DNA of 64,000 nucleotides from a virus, in IMG/VR virus record IMGVR_UViG_3300033148_005363, positions 22,605 to 86,604 of that record. The stretch is one strand, 5' to 3'. The notes beneath the pieces are model-generated. The model saw nothing but the letters and a program-made list of their open reading frames with translations, had not been told where the DNA came from and made no database searches. This document shows positions 9,266-18,656 of the stretch, in pieces. Both the position numbers and the translations under genes were made by a program. Position 1 is the first letter of the stretch; the number at the start of each line of letters is the position of its first letter.

Positions 9266-10782
9266 CAGAACTCCAATCCGGTGTCGCCGTTGATGAGGGT
9301 CAGCGTCCCGAGCTTCGGGAACTCCCGCAGAGCCAGGACCACGTCATCCACAGGAATGAAATCATCCTCTTCCACCTTCCGAACGCCCCCCGCCTGCTTC
9401 ACGGTCACGAACAGATCGCCCCAAGTCATCATCGGCTCAGGCTCGCCATTCTCGTCGAACCGATAATACCCGAAGTCGACCCCGTCGTTAGCCGTACCGT
9501 CCGCGTTGTTGGGCCGGAACTGCGCCTGCAACGCTGCCAGGATATTGGCACGCACCTGGGACTCCGTGTACCCCTGCTGTGGCCACACCCGGGCCGAGAT
9601 ATCAATGGTATTGAAGACCGCTGCCTGCACCTGGAAATCAAAGGTCGCGGGCCAGGGGTAGTTGTCCTCAAGGTAATCGTAGACCTGCTCAAGCAATTCA
9701 GGAGGCGCGGTGTCCGCGGTCACCGAGTTCGGCATGACGTAGAGGATCCCCGAATTCTCGTCCACCGTAGGATCGATGTCAGCAACGGCCATGAACACGC
9801 GGCCCACGGAGGTCAGCCGCAAGGCATTCACCTCGTAGTCCTCGCGGCCCACGCACCTGGTCAGCGCCGTAGCGTAGAGCGGGATCAGGGCCTTGCCCAT
9901 TTCCTTGCTCATCATGTTCCCGCCGCCGTCCGCGTCCGTGGTGTTGGTCACCGCCAAGAGCACCGGCGCTCCGTCCGCATCCGAAATCGGATCCAGCACC
10001 CGGGTCAGCATCCCGGCCGTGACCTGGTTGCCGTCACTGCCGCCCCCCGTCCTGTACGCCACGGCGATGTTGCTCACGGGAACGCTCCCCGTGATCCCGT
10101 TCCCGAATTGGAACCGGGCCTTCCCGTTCGCGTCCGTCTTCCGCGCGTAGTGGCGATCCGTGCTCGTCGACAAGGACAGCGCTGCGACCTTGACATAAAG
10201 CCCGTCCCCCGCCTGCACCGTCTCTGAATCGTCCAGGTAGGGCGTAGAGGGCAACTCGATCTGTTGCCAGGCCCGCTCCGTCGATGTGAAGTTCGCCGCG
10301 TGCAAGGTGCTGTGCGATGCGTCCACCGCCACCGAGGCCACCCCCGCCGGGAGCACGGTGACCACCGAGGTCGAGAAAATCAGCGGATCGGCAAGGCCCT
10401 GGGTGCGGACTTGGGTACCAGCAGGAATCGGGATGTCCTTGTCGTGTGTCCCCCCGCCGCTGATCGTGAACAGCAGCGCCGTCTCCGCGGCGATGGCACC
10501 CGGCAGATCGAACCCGATCAGCCCCGCCTTCGCCACGATCGATCGCCGCAACCGCGCCGTCCCGTACTTGCTCTCCAGGCTCTCGTTGTCCACCCGGCAC
10601 ACCACGATCTCGCCTACATGAAACATCGTCTCCATCAGGAGGGTCTCAATACCAGGCACCATGACCAGGGACGGGAACGCCTGCTGAATGAGTTGCAGGA
10701 CCCGGGCGCGCATGGAGTCGTAATCCATGGCCGTGAAATCAGGATGCGGGTCAGGGACATAGTAGGGGCTCGGCTGCGGCAT
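9265..10782 (-). CDS. baseplate J-like / T4 gp6-like wedge protein
   Basis: DFTAMDYDSMRARVLQLIQQ, IPAGTQVRT, FGNGITGSVP, YRTGGGSDGN, RCVGREDYE motifs. Confidence 0.85.
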   Translation of the reverse strand: MPQPSPYYVPDPHPDFTAMDYDSMRARVLQLIQQAFPSLVMVPGIETLLMETMFHVGEIVVCRVDNESLESKYGTARLRRSIVAKAGLIGFDLPGAIAAETALLFTISGGGTHDKDIPIPAGTQVRTQGLADPLIFSTSVVTVLPAGVASVAVDASHSTLHAANFTSTERAWQQIELPSTPYLDDSETVQAGDGLYVKVAALSLSTSTDRHYARKTDANGKARFQFGNGITGSVPVSNIAVAYRTGGGSDGNQVTAGMLTRVLDPISDADGAPVLLAVTNTTDADGGGNMMSKEMGKALIPLYATALTRCVGREDYEVNALRLTSVGRVFMAVADIDPTVDENSGILYVMPNSVTADTAPPELLEQVYDYLEDNYPWPATFDFQVQAAVFNTIDISARVWPQQGYTESQVRANILAALQAQFRPNNADGTANDGVDFGYYRFDENGEPEPMMTWGDLFVTVKQAGGVRKVEEDDFIPVDDVVLALREFPKLGTLTLINGDTGLEF

Positions 10783-10783
10783 T

Positions 10784-11203
10784 CTACACCTCCACCTCAA
10801 ACTCACCGGACATCGTCCGCTCGATCGGGGCACCCGTCATCGCCCGCGCAAGCGCCTGACCAATCGCCCACTTCACCGTGATGTAAAACGCCGCACCGTC
10901 CACCCGGTACGAGGTCCGAACCCGGACGCCCGGGAGGTCGCGCTCAAAGGCGTCGAGGATAAAATGCTGCGCGAGCTCCGCAGTGGCGATCGAACGTCCC
11001 CGCCGATGCTTCAGGAGATGGACGGCTGTCCCCCGCCCTGGATCCCAGGGGGTTTCCCCGACGCTACGTGTTGTGGTGCATCTCGTCCCGGTCACGCGCT
11101 GAACGGCTTGCTGGATGATCACCGCGGGGGTCCGGGTCTGCGCGAACCCTTTCCCGCTCGCCACGAACGGCGTTCGCAGTGCTACGATATCGCCGGTCAC
11201 CAT
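10784..11203 (-). CDS. gp25/GPW-like baseplate wedge subunit
   Basis: GETPWDPGRGT motif (GE.P..P.FG-like) and position just before baseplate J. Confidence 0.65.
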   Translation of the reverse strand: MVTGDIVALRTPFVASGKGFAQTRTPAVIIQQAVQRVTGTRCTTTRSVGETPWDPGRGTAVHLLKHRRGRSIATAELAQHFILDAFERDLPGVRVRTSYRVDGAAFYITVKWAIGQALARAMTGAPIERTMSGEFEVEV

Positions 11204-11258
11204 CCCGCCACCTCCACCGCAATGATCCTACATGAACACAGGCGCACCCTACAACCCC

Positions 11259-11795
11259 CTAGATCGGATCGATCCCCGTCGCTACCGGGCGTCCCCTAAT
11301 GGTCACCAGGGGCGCGTCAATATCGATCTGGCCCACTGACTCCAACAGCAACTTTGTGATCCCCGACAACCGGACAGTCCCGGCCTTGCCGTCCATGTCC
11401 AGAATCTCCGTCCCCCCCGTAGACCGCAGCGTCCACCGCGGGGACTCCTCGCGCTCGTCTATGATCATGACAAAGGGATCCCATTTGAAAACCTGTACAT
11501 CGGGGTACCCGTCCCGGGCCTCCTCGGGGAGATCATCCTCCCCGAACCCAGCGGGCATGTACCACGCATGTTCCGGGTTGTTGCCCGCGAACCACACGGC
11601 AACCGCGTCCTCCTTCTTGAGGCTCCACACCTGCCCCCGCTTCTGGCCCCCGAGCCCGAGCGGACGCGCCCACCCCGTCGGCTCTGCGATCCCAGGGAGG
11701 TACACCTGGACCCGGCCCTGCTCATCGGGATCGTCCACGCTCCAGACTTCGCCTACGTGCATACCCGCCAGGTGCTTATTGAATCCGGCTGTCAT
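11259..11795 (-). CDS. baseplate spike protein (gpV/Gp5 OB-fold)
   Basis: GEVWSVDDPDEQGRVQVYLP...WARP...VAVWFAGNNPEH motif. Confidence 0.85.
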   Translation of the reverse strand: MTAGFNKHLAGMHVGEVWSVDDPDEQGRVQVYLPGIAEPTGWARPLGLGGQKRGQVWSLKKEDAVAVWFAGNNPEHAWYMPAGFGEDDLPEEARDGYPDVQVFKWDPFVMIIDEREESPRWTLRSTGGTEILDMDGKAGTVRLSGITKLLLESVGQIDIDAPLVTIRGRPVATGIDPI

Positions 11796-13267
11796 TTCTT
11801 GCCCTGGAATTCCAGCACTGTTTCGCCGCTCTCCAGATCCACCATCTCCACCACCTCCACCGCGGGGTCGCTCTGCGTGGACTCATCAAGGAGGTTGTAC
11901 TTGGCCCCCTCTGGCGTCGCGGGCCCCATGGCCTCGTCGGGGGTGCTCGCCTCCTTGCCCTTGGTCTTGACCTTCGCGGGGCCAGCAGCTTTCTTCAGCC
12001 CGTCAGAATCCAGTTTCAGGATCGTCTTGTACCCGCCCCCCGCCTTCCGATCATGGACGCAGCTGGTAACGTAGTATTTCCCCTCGAACATCGGCGCCCC
12101 GGGGACCTTGAACCCGACCACCTGCCGGGCCTCGCGCTGCGGATCCCCGATGATCACCAGCGTCCCCTTCACGACGGCCTGCCTTGCCCGCTGGTACGCC
12201 GCACGGGCAACCCTGCGTGCGTCTGCCCTCGTACCCATGGGAAGCGCTATCACGCGCTCGTGCGTGGCTCTGTCCACCTCCTCGGTGAGTTGGACGCTGG
12301 TCTTCAGCACGTCCTCAGTGAAGCCGCTCTCCATGTCCACCACTTCAATCGTCTCGGGCGCGATGGTGCTCCGCGGAGGGGCTGGCTGGTTCAGGGTCAC
12401 GCCGTAGCTCTGATGGAGAACGTCGACCATCGCCGCGGGCATACCCTGCAGCGCCAGTTCGTTCTCCGTAGCGAACTCGTCCCCGTCCACGTCCCCCTCG
12501 TAGCCCACCGGGGAGTAGCCGCCCGTCGTCGGGAGGTCCGTGGTGTTCTCGTTGTCAGCCACCTCTTCGATCGTCTCCCGCGTGTTCGGATCATAGGTCC
12601 GCACCCGCACCCGCGCTGGCACGATCGCCACGTCGGTGTCCGGTGTGAACGAAAGCACCCGCGCGTTGCCCCCTCCCAGGTGGTACACGTACACGTCCGC
12701 TGGCTCCTGATCCGCGGGCCGCTGCTTCCAGTGCAGCCCGTCCGGATCAATCCAGAACTCGAACCCCTCCCGCCGTGCCAGCCACGTGAGAAACTGAGCG
12801 TCGGTCATCTGGCTTTGGATGATATGCGGGAAAACCTCGTCGGTCTCCTGGACGTACTGCATCGCCGGAGGGTATCCGAGATCCAGCGCTATCCCTTCCG
12901 CCACCTCGGACCGTCGCAGGCCCTCCCAGGTCCGCGTCCGCGTGTCCCCGTGGGCCAGGATCTTCTTGCCGAACAGTTCAAGGGTGAGTTTGCGAAACCC
13001 CTTCACGTGCTTCAACTCGAAGTGCCACTCCCGGCTCAGGTTCCCGGGGTACCCCCAGCGACAACCCAGGATGGTACCTGGCACCAGCCACTTTGAAAGG
13101 GGCGGGGAGAAGCACTGAAGGCTCCCGTTGTCGACCTGGAAAGTTGCCTTGGCCACCTTCCGCTCGTCATCCTCCACCCGGAACGACAGGAGCCGGAGCG
13201 GGAAAGGCTCGAAGTCGCCCGACTTGCGGATCGCACGAATGAGCAGGATGGGAGCATCGGGGTCCAT
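11792..13267 (-). CDS. baseplate hub / late control D-like protein
   Basis: QSQMTDAQFLTWLARREGFEFWI and FEGKYYVTSCVH..GGYKT motifs. Confidence 0.8.
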   Translation of the reverse strand: MDPDAPILLIRAIRKSGDFEPFPLRLLSFRVEDDERKVAKATFQVDNGSLQCFSPPLSKWLVPGTILGCRWGYPGNLSREWHFELKHVKGFRKLTLELFGKKILAHGDTRTRTWEGLRRSEVAEGIALDLGYPPAMQYVQETDEVFPHIIQSQMTDAQFLTWLARREGFEFWIDPDGLHWKQRPADQEPADVYVYHLGGGNARVLSFTPDTDVAIVPARVRVRTYDPNTRETIEEVADNENTTDLPTTGGYSPVGYEGDVDGDEFATENELALQGMPAAMVDVLHQSYGVTLNQPAPPRSTIAPETIEVVDMESGFTEDVLKTSVQLTEEVDRATHERVIALPMGTRADARRVARAAYQRARQAVVKGTLVIIGDPQREARQVVGFKVPGAPMFEGKYYVTSCVHDRKAGGGYKTILKLDSDGLKKAAGPAKVKTKGKEASTPDEAMGPATPEGAKYNLLDESTQSDPAVEVVEMVDLESGETVLEFQGKK

Positions 13268-13626
13268 CAGATCCCCGCGACACCGAGGCTCAGCCGCCAA
13301 CGCATCAGATCAGGTACGATGTCCTCAGACGGCGCGTAGACCGTCCGGCTGCCGTCCATGAGCTCGGTAGGGTCCACCGCGGGCACGGGCTGAAACTCCA
13401 TCAGCAGCCAGACCAAGCACGTCCCCCCACGCGGGTAGTTGGGGAATGCACGCGCCGCCAGTTGGTACCAGGTCTCACCACCGCGGACGTCCAAAACCCT
13501 GTTGCCTGACAGGTCCCGGAACCCCACTGGATCGGGGAGATCGAGGTAGAGGATGGTCCCCCGCTTCGGATCCTCGATATGCCGAGCCCGGTACCCGATA
13601 AATCTGCTCCATGCCCGGGGACCCAT
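13267..13626 (-). CDS. LysM-like / tail X baseplate protein
   Basis: VRGGETWYQLAARAF...VWLLMEF...DP motif; position before the hub gene. Confidence 0.6.
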   Translation of the reverse strand: MGPRAWSRFIGYRARHIEDPKRGTILYLDLPDPVGFRDLSGNRVLDVRGGETWYQLAARAFPNYPRGGTCLVWLLMEFQPVPAVDPTELMDGSRTVYAPSEDIVPDLMRWRLSLGVAGI

Positions 13627-14231
13627 TAGAAAGCAATCTCCCCCGGCCACTGAAGGCCGGTCTCGCGCATCTCCTCAGAGGACACCCTGCTACCACGAAT
13701 GGGCGTAATGCTCATCGTCGCCTCCGACAGTATCGACCGCAGATCCGTGTTGCGGAACTGCCGGCGGGTCAGCGTCAGCTTCTCCACGCGGGCCACCACG
13801 CTGATCTCGTTCGGCCAGATCACCAGAACCCGGGGGGGAGCGCTGGACGCCACGGTGCTCGCCATTTCCACCGGGTACATCAGGCTCATGAGGAACCGCT
13901 GGATCTCCTGAATGTCCTGCAAGAACCCGCTGCCAGCTACGCCGTCCAGGGCCTTCCTGAAGATCATCAATTCCAGCGGGATAGCGGGGCTGTGGGTCCC
14001 GTCGTAGTGCATCGTATCGCTAGTGTCCCCCGCGGGCAGGAACTTCGTATACTTGGCAGTGAAGGTCGTGACGAGGTTCGTCGGGTTGTACGGGACCTCG
14101 AACTCATCGCCGTTCGCCATGTCTGCCAGAATGAGCTTCGGCTTCACGCTCGCTGTGGCACCGAAGGACAGCCCCAACTGCTCACGGAGTTCTTGCTGGA
14201 TCGCGGTTTCCTGTTCTTCGATGGTCGCCAT
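13626..14231 (-). CDS. tail tube initiator (contractile injection system tube-like protein)
   Basis: FEVPYNPTNL and APPRVLVIWP motifs; follows the tape measure gene. Confidence 0.7.
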   Translation of the reverse strand: MATIEEQETAIQQELREQLGLSFGATASVKPKLILADMANGDEFEVPYNPTNLVTTFTAKYTKFLPAGDTSDTMHYDGTHSPAIPLELMIFRKALDGVAGSGFLQDIQEIQRFLMSLMYPVEMASTVASSAPPRVLVIWPNEISVVARVEKLTLTRRQFRNTDLRSILSEATMSITPIRGSRVSSEEMRETGLQWPGEIAF

Positions 14232-14233
14232 TA

Positions 14234-16975
14234 CTACCTCGACCAGTCTATGTCGAACAGGTCATACTCTTCCTGCTCAAGCTGGCGAATCCGCCGATCT
14301 CTTCCCCTGCTCGCTACGATTTCAGCAATTTTGTCGTCACCGATCTGGATAATAATCCGCTCCTCAACTACCCCGCCCTCGGTGACCCCCGTTTCCACGG
14401 CGGGGAATATGGGCGTCTCGGGAGTTGCGCGCCCTGTGTAGATCGGAACATCGTGGGCAGCGCTCACGCTCTCCTCGATATGGGGGGCGACCCAGTTCTC
14501 CGGTGTCCCGGACACGCCCATTCCAGATTTGTCCGACCCGGTGACCGTCTTTGCCCAACTCACCAATTCGTCAGGAAGGTATCTGGCAGGCAAAAACAAC
14601 ACGATGTCAGCCAGGATAGACGATATCTGGTCAATGGCATCCTTGAGCGCATCGCCTATCGCTTTTCCGAGCCCGAGAACAGGCTGAACAACCCATTCAT
14701 CTATTGCGTCACTGAAATCCATAAACGCGGCAGGAAGCGTCTCATCGAAGAACGTGGCGATGCCTGGGAAGTCCTCCCATATGACGTCTTTGAGTTTGCC
14801 GAAATAGTTGATCGCCATCTGAATGAAATCAACCACGCCCTCAATGGCAACGCCAATGCCCTCGAATACAAGAGCGACCCCCTTGATCGCCAGGCCAAAG
14901 GCCCCGCCCAGGAACTCAGCGAAGTCACCGAAAAACGATCTCAGGTCCCCAGTGCCGCCCATCAGATCCGAGAAAATACCCCCCACCTTTTTCACCGCGC
15001 TCCAGATATGGTCGAACCCGCTCACGAGATTATCGATCGGGCTGCCGAGATTCTCGAAGACCGACGCCACGCCACCCGTGAAACGCTCTACGAGTCCCAG
15101 GGCAACCTCCACACCAGCGGCGATGAATTCGAAGACCTTCCCGATGGACAAAGCGACCGTGGTCCCGAAGGCCTTCCAGGTTGCGGAACTCTCACCAACG
15201 ACGCTCTTGCCGCCCAAAAGAGCACCGAACAACCTCTCCACCGCGCTGAAGACCCCGCCCACCGCCTTGCCGACCGCGATGAGCGCGGGCTGCGCAGACT
15301 CCCAGGCCTGAGCGAACCCTTCCATTACCCCAGCCCACAACGCCTTGAAACGGTGCAACAGCATCCCCACGCCGATCACGAACTGCTTGATCCCCTGGTT
15401 CTCTGCCTTCCCGAACTCCTCGCGCACGGCCCCCGAGAACCCGCCCTGGGTGAAGATCTGCGTCAGCCCGTTCCAAGCAAGCCGGATCCTGTCCACCCAC
15501 CCGTCTACCCAGTCGGCGAACCCGCCCAGGTTCTCCATGTACGCCTGCCGGATCAGGAGCGCGGCACCCACCACCACCCCGATAGGAACGGACAAAGCGA
15601 GGAACGACCGGCCCACGGCAAGCGCCGCCACGCGGACCGCACCGAGCGCCCTGCCCAGCAGTGGAAGCGCACCGGCCAAGAGGGTGGCCGCGCCGCCCAT
15701 CATCAGGATGACCCCCGCCAGACTGATGTACCGACCTATCGAGTCCCGCGTGTCCTGTGACAGCGCCTGCCACCGCACGATCAGGGTGTTCAGCACGGCG
15801 ATGATCTTCTCCACCGCCGGCCGGATCGCCGTGGCCATGTCCTTGCCCACCACGGTAATGAACGTCTGCACCGAACCCCGGGCCAGCGTCAACTGCCCCT
15901 GGAAGGTATCAAGCAACCGCTCCTTGAACTCCTTCGCCGTGCCCCCCGCCTTCCCCAGCTCGCCGCGCAGGTGCGCGATCGCGTCCGCGCCCTTCAGCGT
16001 TTGCTTCGTGCCATCGGGGAGGATTCGGGTAGCGGTCGCCTTCATCACCGCGTTGAAGGCCAGCAAACCACGGGCACCGAACGCCCTGGCGATCGTGGCG
16101 TTCCGTTCCTTCTCCGTCACGTCACCCATCGCCAGACCCATGTCCTGAATGACATTGATCATGGGACGAATCGCGCCCGTCTGCTTGTCGTAGATGTCCA
16201 CCCCGAGTTTGGTGACAGCGGCCTGCGCGTTCTGGTCCGCGGCCAGCCGGCGCGTCGCCTCCCTGTACGCGGTGGCTGAACTGCTCGCTTCGATGTTCAT
16301 ATTCCTGAGCTGTCCCACCACGATCAGCGTGTCCTCAAGGCTCTGCCCGAATGTTGCCCCCGCCGCCGCTGCCTTCGCCAGCCCGATAGAAAAATCCTTC
16401 GCCTGGAAGTTCGTAAGTTGCGTCGTGCGCAGCAGTTTGTCCGTCACCGCCCCCGCATTCTCCGCCGCTATCCCGTACGCGTTGAGGGTACCGACCACGG
16501 CCTCCGCGGACCCTGCGACCCCCAGTTGACCCAGGGACCCCGCCGCCAAGTCAAGCACGGGGATCAAGGTCGCCGTCGCCTGTTGCGCGGACTGCCCCGC
16601 CGTGGCCAAACTCGTCAGCCCCTCCACCGCTTCCTTCGGGCTGAACTGCGTGGCGATGCCCGCCTGGATCGCCGCGTTCTCCAGCCCCTTCAGTTCTGCG
16701 CTGGTTGCCCGCGTCACCGCCCCCACCGCGGCAAGGCCCTGCTCAAACTCACCCGCTGCCTTGGCGAGCTTGAACTGCCCTGCCAGGAGCAACCCCCCCG
16801 CGGCCAGGCCAGCGATGCCAGCCCCCATTGTTGCGATGTTGCGAGTGAATGAAGCGCGGGTCTTATCTACGTCCGTGCGGAGGCCCGTGAAGTCGTTGCG
16901 GAGGCCCCTGACCTTGCCTGACGCCAGATTCTTTGCAGTGAAGAGGAAGCCAAGCCCCATGTTGTTGAGCGCCAT
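14234..16975 (-). CDS. tail tape measure protein (TP901-type core)
   Basis: 913 aa helical Ala/Gly-rich; [29 protein letters not shown] motifs. Confidence 0.92.
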   Translation of the reverse strand: MALNNMGLGFLFTAKNLASGKVRGLRNDFTGLRTDVDKTRASFTRNIATMGAGIAGLAAGGLLLAGQFKLAKAAGEFEQGLAAVGAVTRATSAELKGLENAAIQAGIATQFSPKEAVEGLTSLATAGQSAQQATATLIPVLDLAAGSLGQLGVAGSAEAVVGTLNAYGIAAENAGAVTDKLLRTTQLTNFQAKDFSIGLAKAAAAGATFGQSLEDTLIVVGQLRNMNIEASSSATAYREATRRLAADQNAQAAVTKLGVDIYDKQTGAIRPMINVIQDMGLAMGDVTEKERNATIARAFGARGLLAFNAVMKATATRILPDGTKQTLKGADAIAHLRGELGKAGGTAKEFKERLLDTFQGQLTLARGSVQTFITVVGKDMATAIRPAVEKIIAVLNTLIVRWQALSQDTRDSIGRYISLAGVILMMGGAATLLAGALPLLGRALGAVRVAALAVGRSFLALSVPIGVVVGAALLIRQAYMENLGGFADWVDGWVDRIRLAWNGLTQIFTQGGFSGAVREEFGKAENQGIKQFVIGVGMLLHRFKALWAGVMEGFAQAWESAQPALIAVGKAVGGVFSAVERLFGALLGGKSVVGESSATWKAFGTTVALSIGKVFEFIAAGVEVALGLVERFTGGVASVFENLGSPIDNLVSGFDHIWSAVKKVGGIFSDLMGGTGDLRSFFGDFAEFLGGAFGLAIKGVALVFEGIGVAIEGVVDFIQMAINYFGKLKDVIWEDFPGIATFFDETLPAAFMDFSDAIDEWVVQPVLGLGKAIGDALKDAIDQISSILADIVLFLPARYLPDELVSWAKTVTGSDKSGMGVSGTPENWVAPHIEESVSAAHDVPIYTGRATPETPIFPAVETGVTEGGVVEERIIIQIGDDKIAEIVASRGRDRRIRQLEQEEYDLFDIDWSR

Positions 16976-16985
16976 ACGACCCCCC

Positions 16986-17360
16986 TCATTTTCCCTCCAG
17001 CGCCTTCTTCTCCGCAGCCCTGCGATCCTGGATCATGTCCATGTAGGCACCCGCCTCATCCGAGGCCAAGCCCTTGACCCATTCCGGCGTAGCGCCCAAG
17101 CCCTGCCCGCCGTGCGACTGCCACAGGAGTCCAAAGAACGTCCGGCGAACCGCCTCGCCGGTAATCGGGAAGAGCTGCTCCGCGGGGTACGGAGTGCCTC
17201 CCTCCTCATCGTCTACTCCGCGTCCACCGGGTCCGGGAGAGCCGGAGGAGCCGCCTCCTCGACCACCGGAACTTCCTGGAGTTGGGCCTCGCCCTCCTCC
17301 ACGTCGTCTTTCACCCTCCTCTTCCCAGAGCGCGGAGAGAAGAAAGTCCGATCGAAAGGG
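16986..17360 (-). CDS. tail assembly chaperone -1 frameshift extension (gpT-like)
   Basis: -1 frame opens at the slippery heptamer C CCT TTC and runs to the TGA just before the TMP SD (...[27 protein letters not shown]...EKKALEGK). Confidence 0.65.
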   Translation of the reverse strand, partial: PFRSDFLLSALWEEEGERRRGGGRGPTPGSSGGRGGGSSGSPGPGGRGVDDEEGGTPYPAEQLFPITGEAVRRTFFGLLWQSHGGQGLGATPEWVKGLASDEAGAYMDMIQDRRAAEKKALEGK

Positions 17361-18091
17361 AGTTCACGCTCGATCATGGTATCGCACCGGCGACACACAA
17401 CCTCGATCGTCGTCTCCACCCCGCAGTCGTGCTTCTCCATCTCGGCACGGAGCCAGTCAGCCTCGTCGCTGTCCAGTTCCTGGATCCAGTTGACAACCTG
17501 CGAAGGCTTCAACCCCCCCACCTCGACGATCCGCATCATCAGGTTGAGGGTCGACTGCCGAGCAGAGAACCGCTCCTGCTTCTCAAGCATGTCCCGCTCG
17601 ATCTGGCCAATCGGCAGGCTGTAGACGATCTTTGTGCCCTCCCCGGGGAGCTCGCACTCGAAGCGGTTTCCACCCGAGAACCGAGCCCTGTCCGCCGCCG
17701 CCAGCTTCTGCACCGGACGCTTCAGCAGATCCAGCGTCCAAGGCACCATGGCCTTACAAGTCGGGCTGGTGCATCGGACATCGAAGTCGTAGTCCTTACC
17801 GTAGGTGGCCACCCGAAGCATCATCAGCGCGTAGTACCGATCCCCTTGCAGTATCTTCGCCCAATCAACCTGGACGCCGCTCCCTGCCTCAAGGTGCCCG
17901 TAGGGACCGGGATCAACCACCTGGACGGTGCAGGCACGAAGGACATCGTCCAACGCCACACCCAGGCGATGCGCCTCAACATCGGCAAGGACATCCTCGT
18001 CACGGACCTTCATCTTGCGTACGACGATCACCAGCCCCGAAGGGCACTCGATTTTCCTGGTCTTGGGTCGGATGGTGGGTTGATGGCTCAT
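17213..18091 (-). CDS. tail assembly chaperone / T4 gp26-like hub assembly protein
   Basis: [19 protein letters not shown], CxxxxC and CxxC motifs; lies between tube and tape measure. Confidence 0.75.
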   Translation of the reverse strand: MSHQPTIRPKTRKIECPSGLVIVVRKMKVRDEDVLADVEAHRLGVALDDVLRACTVQVVDPGPYGHLEAGSGVQVDWAKILQGDRYYALMMLRVATYGKDYDFDVRCTSPTCKAMVPWTLDLLKRPVQKLAAADRARFSGGNRFECELPGEGTKIVYSLPIGQIERDMLEKQERFSARQSTLNLMMRIVEVGGLKPSQVVNWIQELDSDEADWLRAEMEKHDCGVETTIEVVCRRCDTMIERELPFDRTFFSPRSGKRRVKDDVEEGEAQLQEVPVVEEAAPPALPDPVDAE

Positions 18092-18186
18092 GCTCTACCT
18101 CTCACGCCGTGGTGTACTCTACCTGGAGCCTCCGCGCCCCATGCGCGAGGGTTCTTTACCTGGGTGGCCGGACGGCCACGGGGGGG

Positions 18187-18636
18187 CTACTCAGCCCAGT
18201 CGGGGTAGCGGAACTTGAGGGTCAGCGACTCCATGCGGACCTCGCCCGACTTGTTGTCCCATTTGCCCGAAGACCAGTCAGCGACCTGGCATTCCTTGAG
18301 GATGAACTCCTCCTCCCGCTCGTCGTCGTATCCGAGTTGCACGATCGTAGCGGTGAAGGTCTCAGTCGATCCCTTGTTGGACGAGGAATTGGCAGACGCC
18401 TTGAAGAGGTTCCACATGTCCTTGTTCTCGGACGCGCCCTTGGAGAGGGTGATGTCCGCAAACTTGACATGCATCGGAATCTCTTCCGGGGTTATCGTTC
18501 CCCCCTCGAAGTACTCGGAGAAATCCTTGGTCCCCTTGATCTCTCCGCAATCGGTGAACTTCGCGGACTCAACCCCGTCGATCTCGACGAGGAACTTCAT
18601 CTCCTGATAACGATTGCGCGGCTTTCCAGTCCCCAT
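18187..18636 (-). CDS. tail tube protein (T4 gp19-like)
   Basis: KFLVEIDG..AKFTDC, YFEGG, KFADITLSKG, ESLTL motifs. Confidence 0.9.
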   Translation of the reverse strand: MGTGKPRNRYQEMKFLVEIDGVESAKFTDCGEIKGTKDFSEYFEGGTITPEEIPMHVKFADITLSKGASENKDMWNLFKASANSSSNKGSTETFTATIVQLGYDDEREEEFILKECQVADWSSGKWDNKSGEVRMESLTLKFRYPDWAE

Positions 18637-18656
18637 GCGATTCTCCTCCGCGGGCC

